Source: Terriglobia bacterium | GTDB taxonomy: Bacteria; Acidobacteriota; Terriglobia; Bryobacterales; Bryobacteraceae | NCBI GenBank assembly: GCA_963841675.1 | Contig: CAWJEH010000017.1 | Coordinates: 95,229 to 159,228 of the forward strand | Direction: 5' to 3' | DNA length: 64,000 nt | Shown: in pieces, positions 1 to 8,445 of the stretch | How the letters are laid out: each line of letters opens with the position of its first letter | Position numbering within the stretch: position 1 is the first letter of the stretch | Translations under genes and position numbers: made by a program | Notes under the pieces: model-generated | The model's database searches: none | The model's input: only the letters and a program-made list of their open reading frames with translations | What the model was told of the DNA's origin: nothing

Positions 1-1334
1 TTCACCTGGATATTGAATAGCGTTCCGTCCTTTCCGAGGACCGGCAACGAGCGATAGAAATCGTCGAAGTTCGTCTGCCTGGAAAGGAAGAGGAGGTAAT
101 GCACCATGAAGTCGGGCGTGAAATAAGCATTTCCGCCAGCACCATCGCTCTGTGCCGCAGCAGTGAGATCGAGCCCACCCTTTCTGAGGAAATCGTGCTC
201 AAGGTCAAAACCGGCCTGGCTGATGTCGTCGGTCTTTTTGGCGATAAGCGCACCGAGTAAATAGGGAGTAAGGCTAGCGTGCAGATTCTGGCTGACTTTT
301 AGAGTGACTTTCACCTCTTCTTTCAAGGGAGGCGAGACATGCTCGGCCACGACGTTTCCGAGTTGGTAGTTTGCGGCGAGGGCCTTGAAGTCCGGCTTAG
401 CTGAAGGCGGGGCCAGTGTCGCGGAAACACCAAGTTCTTTCAGCGCTTCCTGCAAAAGAGTGGCAGCGTAGCGACCCGGTTCAGGTACGTGGTAGGCCAT
501 CATTGCGGGGTGGGCGCCGAGTGGCAGGTTGCCCCTGAGGGTGACACTTCGTGTGCCGTCCGTATTGAGAACGTCGTCTCTATACTCCAGACTCGGTTTC
601 GATCCCGATCTAGCGGTGACGGCCTTATTGACAATTTTCACGTAAGAGGTAGTGGGGGCGATTTCAAGATTGACTGGCGCGTTTTCGGCCGCTCCGGCCG
701 AGGTAATCACGTCCACCAGGTTGTCGTTCACGACGATGGGCGAGAGGACAACGTCGGTGCCGAGTTCACGCTCGCCTTCAGGAAACAGACTCGTGTCGAT
801 CAAAACACGGCCAGTGATCCGTTTGATGCCCTTGGCGGCAACCTGTTTTGCAAGTTCACGAATGACGAGTAGGCGATCGCCTTGCAGTCCCTTGCTTTCA
901 GGCCCTCCATAAGAATGGTCTTCGTTTTCGAAAAGAAGAGTGCCGTCGGGCTGGATACGGTTCGATAGGTTCGGATCTCCGCTTGCGACCAGAACGAGGT
1001 CGCCATCCAGCGTGTCGCCTTTCACTGGACCAGTGCGATACACGCGGGTGTGGAAGCGGTAGTCCGGGCCGAAGAGCTCGAGAGCGGTACCTTCGGTCAA
1101 CAACTTGGTTGTCGAGCCTGGTACGAACAACTCCTGTTCGTTGAACGTGTAGACCGGGCTACCGGTGTCAACTGAATAGAACTCGATACCGAAGCGCGAA
1201 TGCGCGAATTCGGGTCGCGCCATGACAGCTTTGATTCTCTGATCGAGGGTGGGCGCCTGCTGCCCGTGCAACCCCACTGCGAAAAATCCTAAAGACAAGC
1301 AGAACGGTAGCCGTACGCTTTTGATAGGAAGCAT
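1..1334 (-). CDS. dacB: D-alanyl-D-alanine carboxypeptidase/endopeptidase, PBP4 (peptidase S13) family; 3' end runs off the window
   Basis: Absent from the ORF track because no stop lies inside the window. Reverse-strand translation from ATG 1334-1332 gives MLPIKSVRLPFCLSLGFFAVGLHGQQAPTLDQRIKAVMARPEFAHSRFGIEFYSV...FVPGSTTKLLTEGTAL. This shows a signal peptide and an SxxK motif (STTK). The frame stays open down to base 3. Confidence 0.8.
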   Translation of the reverse strand, partial: MLPIKSVRLPFCLSLGFFAVGLHGQQAPTLDQRIKAVMARPEFAHSRFGIEFYSVDTGSPVYTFNEQELFVPGSTTKLLTEGTALELFGPDYRFHTRVYRTGPVKGDTLDGDLVLVASGDPNLSNRIQPDGTLLFENEDHSYGGPESKGLQGDRLLVIRELAKQVAAKGIKRITGRVLIDTSLFPEGERELGTDVVLSPIVVNDNLVDVITSAGAAENAPVNLEIAPTTSYVKIVNKAVTARSGSKPSLEYRDDVLNTDGTRSVTLRGNLPLGAHPAMMAYHVPEPGRYAATLLQEALKELGVSATLAPPSAKPDFKALAANYQLGNVVAEHVSPPLKEEVKVTLKVSQNLHASLTPYLLGALIAKKTDDISQAGFDLEHDFLRKGGLDLTAAAQSDGAGGNAYFTPDFMVHYLLFLSRQTNFDDFYRSLPVLGKDGTLFNIQV

Positions 1335-1394
1335 AACTTGCGAGATTGTAGCAGCGAGTAAATTGAGCGGCGCGCGAGGCTTAGCCGTTCCGCA

Positions 1395-2192
1395 TCAGAA
1401 TTCGTCGAGCCGGAGCGAGAGACACTTGGTAGAGCCACCCGCCTTGATGAACTCTGACATTCGCGTCTGAATAACTTCGAAACCACGCGTTGCCAAGCTT
1501 CCAGCGAGCTCGGGTGTGGCGTAGTTCAGAATGACCTTCCTACCGATGTTCACGGCGTTGCACGCGAACTGAATGGCATCCTCTTCGCTGACGGCCAACC
1601 TGTGCTGGGCGGCAATACGAGCTTCTATCGCCGAGTTCGCTTGCGAGTCGAACGCGGCAGGGTAGTAAAGGAGATAACCTCCCTCGAGGGGGCAGAAGCA
1701 GGTATCTAGATGATAGAAGCGTGGATCGCACAGACGCAGCTCTTGGACTTCGACGTGAAGTGAATTCCGCAGATGAGATAGGGCATCGAGATTGGATCTG
1801 TGTCCATGCCCAAACCACAATAGCCCTTTATTTCCGCGATCGAACAACGCATCACCTGCTCCCTCGAACAAAGTTCCCGAAGGTAGTGTCTTCACGTCGA
1901 ACCCGTCCGTTGACAACCATTCGGCGTAGTGTTGCGCTTCGGGTTGCCGTTCTCTGCAACGGAAGCTGCTAAGCAGGGCAGTTTGGTTGTATACCAGGGC
2001 CGCATTAGCGGTGAATACAAGATCGGGCAAACCGCTGACAGCAGACATGAGCACCACATCGGCGTAATTGCTCATGAGCCCATGAAACTGCGTCCATTGC
2101 AAACATGCAAGCTCCTGGTCGGCAGCGTTTATCTGGCCCTGCATCCACGGGTTGATTACGTACTCAACCCCAAAGTGATGCGGAGGGCACAT
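1395..2192 (-). CDS. amidinotransferase / dimethylarginine dimethylaminohydrolase-superfamily (guanidino-group modifying fold) protein
   Basis: ORF 1395..2270. The N-terminal block FLMCPPHHFGVEYVINPWM and the C-terminal catalytic-Cys context GGSTKCLSL are typical of this fold. I moved the start to ATG 2192 (MCPPHHF). The 26 upstream codons to 2270 are possible but unsupported. Confidence 0.7.
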   Translation of the reverse strand: MCPPHHFGVEYVINPWMQGQINAADQELACLQWTQFHGLMSNYADVVLMSAVSGLPDLVFTANAALVYNQTALLSSFRCRERQPEAQHYAEWLSTDGFDVKTLPSGTLFEGAGDALFDRGNKGLLWFGHGHRSNLDALSHLRNSLHVEVQELRLCDPRFYHLDTCFCPLEGGYLLYYPAAFDSQANSAIEARIAAQHRLAVSEEDAIQFACNAVNIGRKVILNYATPELAGSLATRGFEVIQTRMSEFIKAGGSTKCLSLRLDEF

Positions 2193-2477
2193 CAGAAATC
2201 GAAATTCGTTCGTGGACCTCACCGATTCTCCTCCGACGGCTCCATCACATTCTCGGCGAGGTGAATGCATGGTGAAGTTATAGTCAGACGCGGACTGTTC
2301 TCACCAGGTGGACTGCCGTCTAAGATTAGAACAATTATCACCCGGGTCACGCACCTTCGTCCATACCCCCTCTCCGGGACCGAATACATACGGTCACAGC
2401 ATTGCTCCAAGCGTGATCCAGGTGTCGTATTACTTGCGCGGGATTAGAGTGGGCCGGACAGCAACCCGTTGAGACGG

Positions 2478-3740
2478 CTAGGCTTGTTTTTGCGCCTGTT
2501 CGAACAGAAACTGCAGTGTCTTCTCTGTTTGAATGTGTCCCGCGATTCGACCGATGGTGCCGTCCTTTTCGAGGCGAGCCCGGGTGACCGGCACTGCTTC
2601 GCGCTCCTGCCGAGCTATGCGCTGAATTTCGCGGTCCACTTCGTCTTTATTGGCAGAGATTCCTTCTCTTTCGGCGATCTTCTCGAGCAGCAGCGAAGCT
2701 CGCACATTGCGCAGCGCTTTATCGCGTTGAGACTCCTTGATCTTCTTCCAATCCAAATTCAGCTTGCCAGGATCGGCACCTTCTCCGGCCAGATTTCTCA
2801 GTTGCATACGGACCTGATTCTCAATCTGGCGATCGATATACGCTTCAGGAACGGCAAACTGATTCGCTTCAACCAAGTGATCGATTAACTCTTCCTTGGC
2901 TGCCTGTTGAGCCGCGTATTGTTTTTCCTGAAAAATGGATCTGCGAATAGCCTCTTTCAGTTCGTCAAGCGTCTGGTAGTCACCGAGGTCGCGGGCGAAC
3001 TCGTCGTCCAATTCGGGAAGCTCTTTTTTCCTGACAAACTTCGGCGTTAATTCGAACTTCACGGTTTTTCCCGCCAGACTCTCCTGTCCGTAATTTTCGG
3101 GATAGGTAACGCTGACTTCTTTGGTCTCTTCCGGATTCATGCCGATCAAGCTCTCGTTGAATTCGGGCAAGGTTTCTTCTCCGCCCACCTCAATCTGGAC
3201 GTCCTGATCGATCGTCTCTGCTAAACCCTCGAGGGATTTGAGATGCACCAGTACGAAATCTCCGCTCTCGACCGGCCGTGGGTCAAGATTCGGGTACTCG
3301 GCCTTGCTCTCGCGTAAGGACTCAAGACGTTTGCCGATCTCGTCATCTGAAACAGTCGGCTCTTCATACTTGGCAGGCAATCCGCGATATTCGGCGACTT
3401 CGAATTGGGGGGCGATTTCAAAATCTGCCTTGAAGCGGATAGGCTGACCGGCTTCGTATTTCAGATCGGAGATATCGGGAGTCCCGACTACTTTTAATTC
3501 ATCCTTCTCGACCCTCTGGCGAAAAGCCTGGGGGAGAAGCGTCTCCAGCACCTCACTGCGGATCTGGTTTTCGAAACGCGACTGAATCATGCTGAGCGGC
3601 GCTTTGCCGGGACGAAAACCCGGAAGTCGGGCGCGCTCTTTGAATGAATTGGTGACCCGCTCCTTGGCGCGTTCGACTTCCTCCAAGGGAATCTCGATTT
3701 CAAGAGACCGTTTGCAATCTGCTGCTTCAACTGTTGACAA
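2478..3740 (-). CDS. tig: trigger factor (ribosome-associated peptidyl-prolyl isomerase chaperone)
   Basis: 420 aa. The N-terminus reads LEIEIPLEEVERAKERVTNSFKERARLPGFRPGKAPLSMIQSRF, containing the GFRPGKAP ribosome-binding signature. Length and acidic composition are typical of Tig. Confidence 0.95.
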   Translation of the reverse strand: MSTVEAADCKRSLEIEIPLEEVERAKERVTNSFKERARLPGFRPGKAPLSMIQSRFENQIRSEVLETLLPQAFRQRVEKDELKVVGTPDISDLKYEAGQPIRFKADFEIAPQFEVAEYRGLPAKYEEPTVSDDEIGKRLESLRESKAEYPNLDPRPVESGDFVLVHLKSLEGLAETIDQDVQIEVGGEETLPEFNESLIGMNPEETKEVSVTYPENYGQESLAGKTVKFELTPKFVRKKELPELDDEFARDLGDYQTLDELKEAIRRSIFQEKQYAAQQAAKEELIDHLVEANQFAVPEAYIDRQIENQVRMQLRNLAGEGADPGKLNLDWKKIKESQRDKALRNVRASLLLEKIAEREGISANKDEVDREIQRIARQEREAVPVTRARLEKDGTIGRIAGHIQTEKTLQFLFEQAQKQA

Positions 3741-3863
3741 TGCTTTTGCTTCCTTACTGATTTTCGCAAAGCGCCGATCGAGGCTGTAGGCAGGCGTTCG
3801 AGTCAGACTGTCGGGATCGTCAATAGTGTACCGCCGAAGCGTGGTGATCTACGCCGGACAAAG

Positions 3864-5255
3864 TTGCCGGCTTGTGATCAGGGCGAACTACTCCAAACAG
3901 CATGCCGTCCAGTTGTTAGGATGTCCATATTCCTGCTCTGTCAGCCCTTTGGTAGGGCGATGGAAGAGGGGTGCTTCGGCGCCCGATTAAGCACCTCACA
4001 AGGACGACAATTGGGCCAACCACCTTTCTTCCCGATTGACATCTCGATCAAGCTATCGATCGCCATTGGGATCGGTATGCTCGTCGGCCTCGAGAGGGAG
4101 TGGTCCCAGAAAGAACTCGGGGCGCGTACCTTTGGGATCACCGCCATGGCGGGCGCGCTTAGTATTCTTGCCGGGTCCGCGGTTGCTTACATCACTTTCG
4201 CAGGTGTCATTCTGATCGTCGGATTAGCAGGGCTGCGGAATTTACGCGAGGGCAAGTCGGTCGAGAGTACAACTTCGGCTGCAGTGGTGGTGACATTCGT
4301 TTTGGGCATTCTGGTTGGGCAAGGCCACCACTATACGCCGATTGCGGCGGCTGTCGTGATGACCATGCTTCTGTCCCTCAAACCTGCGCTCACGCACTTC
4401 GCGGGCGGGCTAAAGGTGCAGGAGGTTCGCAGCGCAGTGCTGCTCGGATTGCTCGCATTTGTGATTTACCCGGTGCTACCCGACCGTCAAATCGATCCGT
4501 GGGGGATGATCAATCCGCGGGAGGCTTGGTTAACAGTAGTCGTGATAGCGGCACTCGGGTTTGTGAACTATGTACTCCTGAAGGTATATAGTTCACGCGG
4601 GCTGTACTACACGGCGGCGCTGGGCGGAATGGTGAATAGCACAGCAACGATAGCCGAGCTAGCGGGGTTTCTCGCAGGACAGAAAGAAAACACAACTTCT
4701 ATCGCGATCATTATCGATTTGTTGACTATTGTGGCGATGTTTGTTCGTAATCTGCTCATTCTGGCAATTTTTGCGCGCGCTGCGATAACAAGTGCGGCTG
4801 CACCATTGACGGTCATGACAGCGATGGCTGTTCTGTTCATATGGCAGCAGAGGAGGCACGGTCAGAATCGAATCGCCGACGTGAAGCTGGATTCGCCACT
4901 TTCCCTCTCGAAGGTTTTGAAATTCGGCGTCATTTTTCTTGTAATCGAGATGGTTGGCAGCATCGGACAACGCTATCTTGGTCATCTCGGCTTTTTGTTG
5001 GTTAGCGTAATCGGGGGCTTGGTGTCCAGTGCAAGTACCGCGGGTGCTGCCGCGACGCTCGCCGTGCACGGCAAAATCACGCCGCAAACAGCCGGACTCG
5101 CAACCGTGCTTACGTCCATGGCGAGCGCTCTATCGAATTTGCCGGTGCTTCATCACGAAATCCGGCAATGGACGACTACCCGTAGATTGACGATACTGTC
5201 GACGTGCATCGTCGCCGCGGGTATAGCCACGATGTCGCTATGCGCACGATTCTGA
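3864..5255 (+). CDS. MgtC/SapB-family N-terminal domain fused to DUF4010-type polytopic membrane protein
   Basis: The motif LSIAIGIGMLVGLEREWSQKELGARTFGITAMAGALS matches the MgtC-type GLERE motif and is followed by about 10 hydrophobic segments. The true start is probably downstream of 3864 (MSIFLL or MEEGCF); the first ~30 codons look non-native. Confidence 0.7.
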   Translation: MPACDQGELLQTACRPVVRMSIFLLCQPFGRAMEEGCFGARLSTSQGRQLGQPPFFPIDISIKLSIAIGIGMLVGLEREWSQKELGARTFGITAMAGALSILAGSAVAYITFAGVILIVGLAGLRNLREGKSVESTTSAAVVVTFVLGILVGQGHHYTPIAAAVVMTMLLSLKPALTHFAGGLKVQEVRSAVLLGLLAFVIYPVLPDRQIDPWGMINPREAWLTVVVIAALGFVNYVLLKVYSSRGLYYTAALGGMVNSTATIAELAGFLAGQKENTTSIAIIIDLLTIVAMFVRNLLILAIFARAAITSAAAPLTVMTAMAVLFIWQQRRHGQNRIADVKLDSPLSLSKVLKFGVIFLVIEMVGSIGQRYLGHLGFLLVSVIGGLVSSASTAGAAATLAVHGKITPQTAGLATVLTSMASALSNLPVLHHEIRQWTTTRRLTILSTCIVAAGIATMSLCARF

Positions 5256-5290
5256 TAACAGCAGCAACTCGGTTTGAGGCGGTTAGAGAT

Positions 5291-5635
5291 TCAATCAGAC
5301 GACAGATTGAGCTGATCTCCCCGTTCAGTTCCGGTTTGCTCGACGATCCCGGCCGGCAACTCCAGAACTGAGTGCGCTAACAAGCACATGGACAGGCGCC
5401 ACGGCCGCATAACTTTGCGGACCTTCCGGACTTTGTTCTTTCGATCGAGGTAGAGAACGTCAATTGAGAACTTCATGCCACACGTATGAACCCCTTCGCA
5501 AGGAACAATCCATAAAGCCTGTCCGTTTGGCAGGTTGTTGCGGCCAAGCAATCCGCGACGCCTCTTTGCGGCAGTATCAGCTATCTCGGCCGAATCGGCC
5601 AGGACGCTATTGCGCGTTTCGTTTCGAACTAGCAT
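5291..5635 (-). CDS. DUF192 (UPF0127/COG1430) family protein, copy 1, last gene of the cpaB-cpaC unit
   Basis: 114 aa. The blocks RRRGLLGR...GQALWIVPCEGVHTCGMKFSIDVLYLD...SVLELPAG fit the DUF192 pattern (RxxGLMxR, GMxFPIDxxFxD, xxLExxAG). It is a paralog of 13262..13705. Confidence 0.75.
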   Translation of the reverse strand: MLVRNETRNSVLADSAEIADTAAKRRRGLLGRNNLPNGQALWIVPCEGVHTCGMKFSIDVLYLDRKNKVRKVRKVMRPWRLSMCLLAHSVLELPAGIVEQTGTERGDQLNLSSD

Positions 5636-5705
5636 TGCTGCGAATGTACAGGTTTTCTCCTGGTCTGAAGAGAAAGGGAGTACGCAATCGAGTGAACTCA
5701 GACCA

Positions 5706-7316
5706 TTATGGGGGTGTTCCGGGCGATGCAGTTGCCGGGGCCGTGGTCGTTACAGGAGCGGGCGATTGCCCTGCTCCCGAGCTGACGCCACTGGAAGTGG
5801 AGGTGACCACGAGCGGCTTTTCCGAAAGGCTCTTGATCAAGGATTCAACGGGTATCGGCGGAGCTCCCGCAACGGGCACAGGGCCCGTGACATTTTGACC
5901 GGGAGTGGCCATTTCTGTTTTAGAGTTCGGGGGTAGAAACGGCACCGGGAAGTTGGGGTTGGCAATCTTCTGACCAGCGGGAACGGGACGGACAATTTGC
6001 GGCGTCACAATAACTATAAGTTCGGTGTTGTTTCTGGTCTTTGATCTTGACTGGAAGAACCTTCCCAGGATAGGAATGTCTCCGATGAACGGGATCTTGT
6101 TGAAAGTCTCGGTCTCTCCGTTATCGAGAAGACCGCCTATCGCAAAGCTCTGCCCCTCGGCTAGCTCGACTTCCGTGTTGACGTTTCGCACAGAAATACC
6201 GGGAACAGCGATTCCCTGGAGCGTAATCCCGCTGCTGTAGTCGAGCGCGCTGACTTCCGGCGCCACCTGCAGACGTATCGTTCCACGGGGCGTAATTGTC
6301 GGGATGAAATTGAGACGAACACCGAACTGCCGGAATTGGATCGTGATTGCAGTTGTCCCTCCCGTGTTACCACCCTGCACCACCGGATAAGGGAATTCTC
6401 CACCGGCGAGAAAGCTCGCTTGTTTCCCGTTTTCGGCCAAGACGTTCGGTTCGGCCAACGTCTCAACAACGCCCTTCGATTCCAGCGCCTGGATCGTTGC
6501 ACCCAAGTTCAGGTCGGGACGGAAGAAGAAGAGGTTGAGAGCGTCGCTGACGGTGGCGGTGACTCGGTTCCTGCCTGTGACGCCGCCACTGCTACTACCC
6601 GAGTTCGAATTGCTCACGGTGGGCGGAGGGAACTGTCCTGTGCTTATCGTTCCAAGCGTGTTCGTCGCGCCGGTGCTGAAGAGATTGATTCCGAGCTGCG
6701 AACTCAAGCTGCGATCGACACTGGCGAATCGCACCTTAAGCAGGATTTGTGCCTCAGGCGCGGGCACGGCTACATACAGCAGGTCCACCGGTTTCCCCAT
6801 CGCGGAGGCAATTGCCATTGCGCGATCGGCACTTGTGAGGTCGCTAGCTGTGCCGCGCAAGAAGATCAGATCGTTTTCAACGCTGACATCGATCTTTTGT
6901 CCCGGTAATTCCCTGGCAATTTGCTTGCGAAGGATGTCCGCGCGGCTGCTGTTTGCATAACGGCTGGGCTGTACGAGGATATCGAAGAAAAGCTTACCGC
7001 CGCCCTGCTGCCAGATGATAAGGCTCGTCTCCCCGGGCGCTTTTCCGTTGACAAGTACTTCGGTGGGTCCGACGGCGGTAGCTTCGGCGGCCTCGCCAAA
7101 ACCGACGGAGACTCGCTCGATCGGAACCGCACTATTTACGATGACGGACTTACCGACTGTTACGAAAAGCTCATTCGGAGATTCTTCCGAACTTTGTGGC
7201 ACCGGTGCTGCCGGAGGCTGCGCTTGCAACGCAATAGCGAAGGCCTCATTCGTTACCTGCATTAAACAAAAACAAACAACGACTGCCGTAATAGCGGATC
7301 TCCCGTATTTCTTCAA
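5706..7316 (-). CDS. cpaC: Tad pilus outer-membrane secretin CpaC/RcpA
   Basis: 536 aa with a signal peptide and a BON-like N-domain. The secretin core reads LAEPNVLAENGKQASFLAGGEFPYPVVQ...FRQFGVRLNFIPTI...IPILGRFFQSRS. A Pro/Thr/Ser-rich C-terminal tail follows. Confidence 0.9.
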   Translation of the reverse strand: MKKYGRSAITAVVVCFCLMQVTNEAFAIALQAQPPAAPVPQSSEESPNELFVTVGKSVIVNSAVPIERVSVGFGEAAEATAVGPTEVLVNGKAPGETSLIIWQQGGGKLFFDILVQPSRYANSSRADILRKQIARELPGQKIDVSVENDLIFLRGTASDLTSADRAMAIASAMGKPVDLLYVAVPAPEAQILLKVRFASVDRSLSSQLGINLFSTGATNTLGTISTGQFPPPTVSNSNSGSSSGGVTGRNRVTATVSDALNLFFFRPDLNLGATIQALESKGVVETLAEPNVLAENGKQASFLAGGEFPYPVVQGGNTGGTTAITIQFRQFGVRLNFIPTITPRGTIRLQVAPEVSALDYSSGITLQGIAVPGISVRNVNTEVELAEGQSFAIGGLLDNGETETFNKIPFIGDIPILGRFFQSRSKTRNNTELIVIVTPQIVRPVPAGQKIANPNFPVPFLPPNSKTEMATPGQNVTGPVPVAGAPPIPVESLIKSLSEKPLVVTSTSSGVSSGAGQSPAPVTTTAPATASPGTPP

Positions 7317-7352
7317 AACAGCCGCTCCCTGATGACCCTAAGCACTCCGCTG

Positions 7353-8204
7353 CTACTGGTGTGGTGCATCGGGAAACTTTTCTTCGGTGCGCTTTGCACC
7401 ATTGAAGACCTGCACCAGGTAAACACGGGGTGGCGCCTGTACCTGCGGAGCAGGTTTTTTGAAGACAACCTGTTTGGGCTTTGGAGGTGCGCTTCCTTCC
7501 GAGAAGACACTGTTCATTGCGATACTTGCCGTTTTAGGAGTTTCCGTATCCAGAGGATTGCGCAAGACCAACTGAATTTTGGTTTGGTTGCTCGCCAGAC
7601 TGAGGAGTTCCGCTTGCTCGGGCGTTACCAACAGATTTACAACCTGCACCGGCACGGCTTTGCCCTCGTTATCCTTCTGAATGTTGGTTCCGGCCGACAG
7701 AACCTCGATATTCTGCAGAAGCGTCTTGACCCGCGGACCCTCCGCTGCGGCCGCACCAGTTCCGTTCCCCGATACCAGGACATCAACCCGCATGCCGGGC
7801 GTGACGAATCCGGCGACACCGACGACATCATCGACCCTGACCGCACAGGCTCTCATGCCCTGGCGAATGGTAGCAGCCAACCCCCCTCCGGAACCGGGTG
7901 CCGCCAGACGGCTGTCGAGAACCGGCTCGCTCTGATAAATATCCGACACGACACCTCGCCCCACGGCTGCAGCTTTAGAGAAAATTGTACCCTTCGGCGG
8001 GGTACCCATCCATTCGGCTGTCGCCAAATCGGTGTCTTTGATTAGGCTGCCGACCTGGAGGTCTCTGGATGCCACGATGATCGTTGTCGTGTGCGGCGGG
8101 GGTGGCGGATGCAGCTGCTTACCGGCTATACGGTAAACAAAATAACTCGATATAGCGGCCACTACAAACGCAAGAAAAAGAATGGTCGACAGTCTTCGGT
8201 TCAT
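7353..8204 (-). CDS. cpaB: Flp pilus assembly protein CpaB/RcpC (SAF-domain periplasmic protein)
   Basis: 283 aa. It has an N-terminal TM (STILFLAFVVAAISSYFVY), the SAF-like block IIVASRDLQVGSLIKDTDL, and the RcpC beta-domain. It lies 37 nt upstream of cpaC. Confidence 0.9.
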   Translation of the reverse strand: MNRRLSTILFLAFVVAAISSYFVYRIAGKQLHPPPPPHTTTIIVASRDLQVGSLIKDTDLATAEWMGTPPKGTIFSKAAAVGRGVVSDIYQSEPVLDSRLAAPGSGGGLAATIRQGMRACAVRVDDVVGVAGFVTPGMRVDVLVSGNGTGAAAAEGPRVKTLLQNIEVLSAGTNIQKDNEGKAVPVQVVNLLVTPEQAELLSLASNQTKIQLVLRNPLDTETPKTASIAMNSVFSEGSAPPKPKQVVFKKPAPQVQAPPRVYLVQVFNGAKRTEEKFPDAPHQ

Positions 8205-8251
8205 TGAGTACTCGCTTCCGGTCCTTACGTAAGGGTTTGCCTATTTCTGGC

Positions 8252-8266
8252 GCAATCTGTTGGCCA
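8252..8266 (-). promoter_or_regulatory. sigma54 (-24/-12) promoter for cpaB-cpaC-DUF192
   Basis: The minus strand reads TGGCCAACAGATTGC (plus strand GCAATCTGTTGGCCA), which is the exact TGGC-N7-TTGC spacing. It is intergenic and oriented toward cpaB. The GC of the -12 element lies 48 nt from the cpaB ATG (8204). Confidence 0.6.
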
Positions 8267-8326
8267 CCACTATACAATGGGGGAAACGCTAAATCAGTGT
8301 CTTACGAAAACAGCTTACAACGCAAG

Positions 8327-8375
8327 TGTGCACACCTGTTTACAGATTTCCAGGAAAGGTGTAGCGCTGTAGACA
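8327..8375. promoter_or_regulatory. candidate enhancer (UAS) sites: three TGT-N2-ACA octamers upstream of the cpaB sigma54 promoter
   Basis: The octamers are TGTGCACA (8327-8334), TGTTTACA (8337-8344) and TGTAGACA (8368-8375). The first two are 10 nt apart. They lie about 60-110 nt upstream of the -24 element. Confidence 0.4.
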
Positions 8376-8445
8376 CCCAGCGGCTCTTTGGCGAAGAACA
8401 TATGCGCCCATTCTCTTTCGGGCATCTTATTGCAAGCTAAAAGTC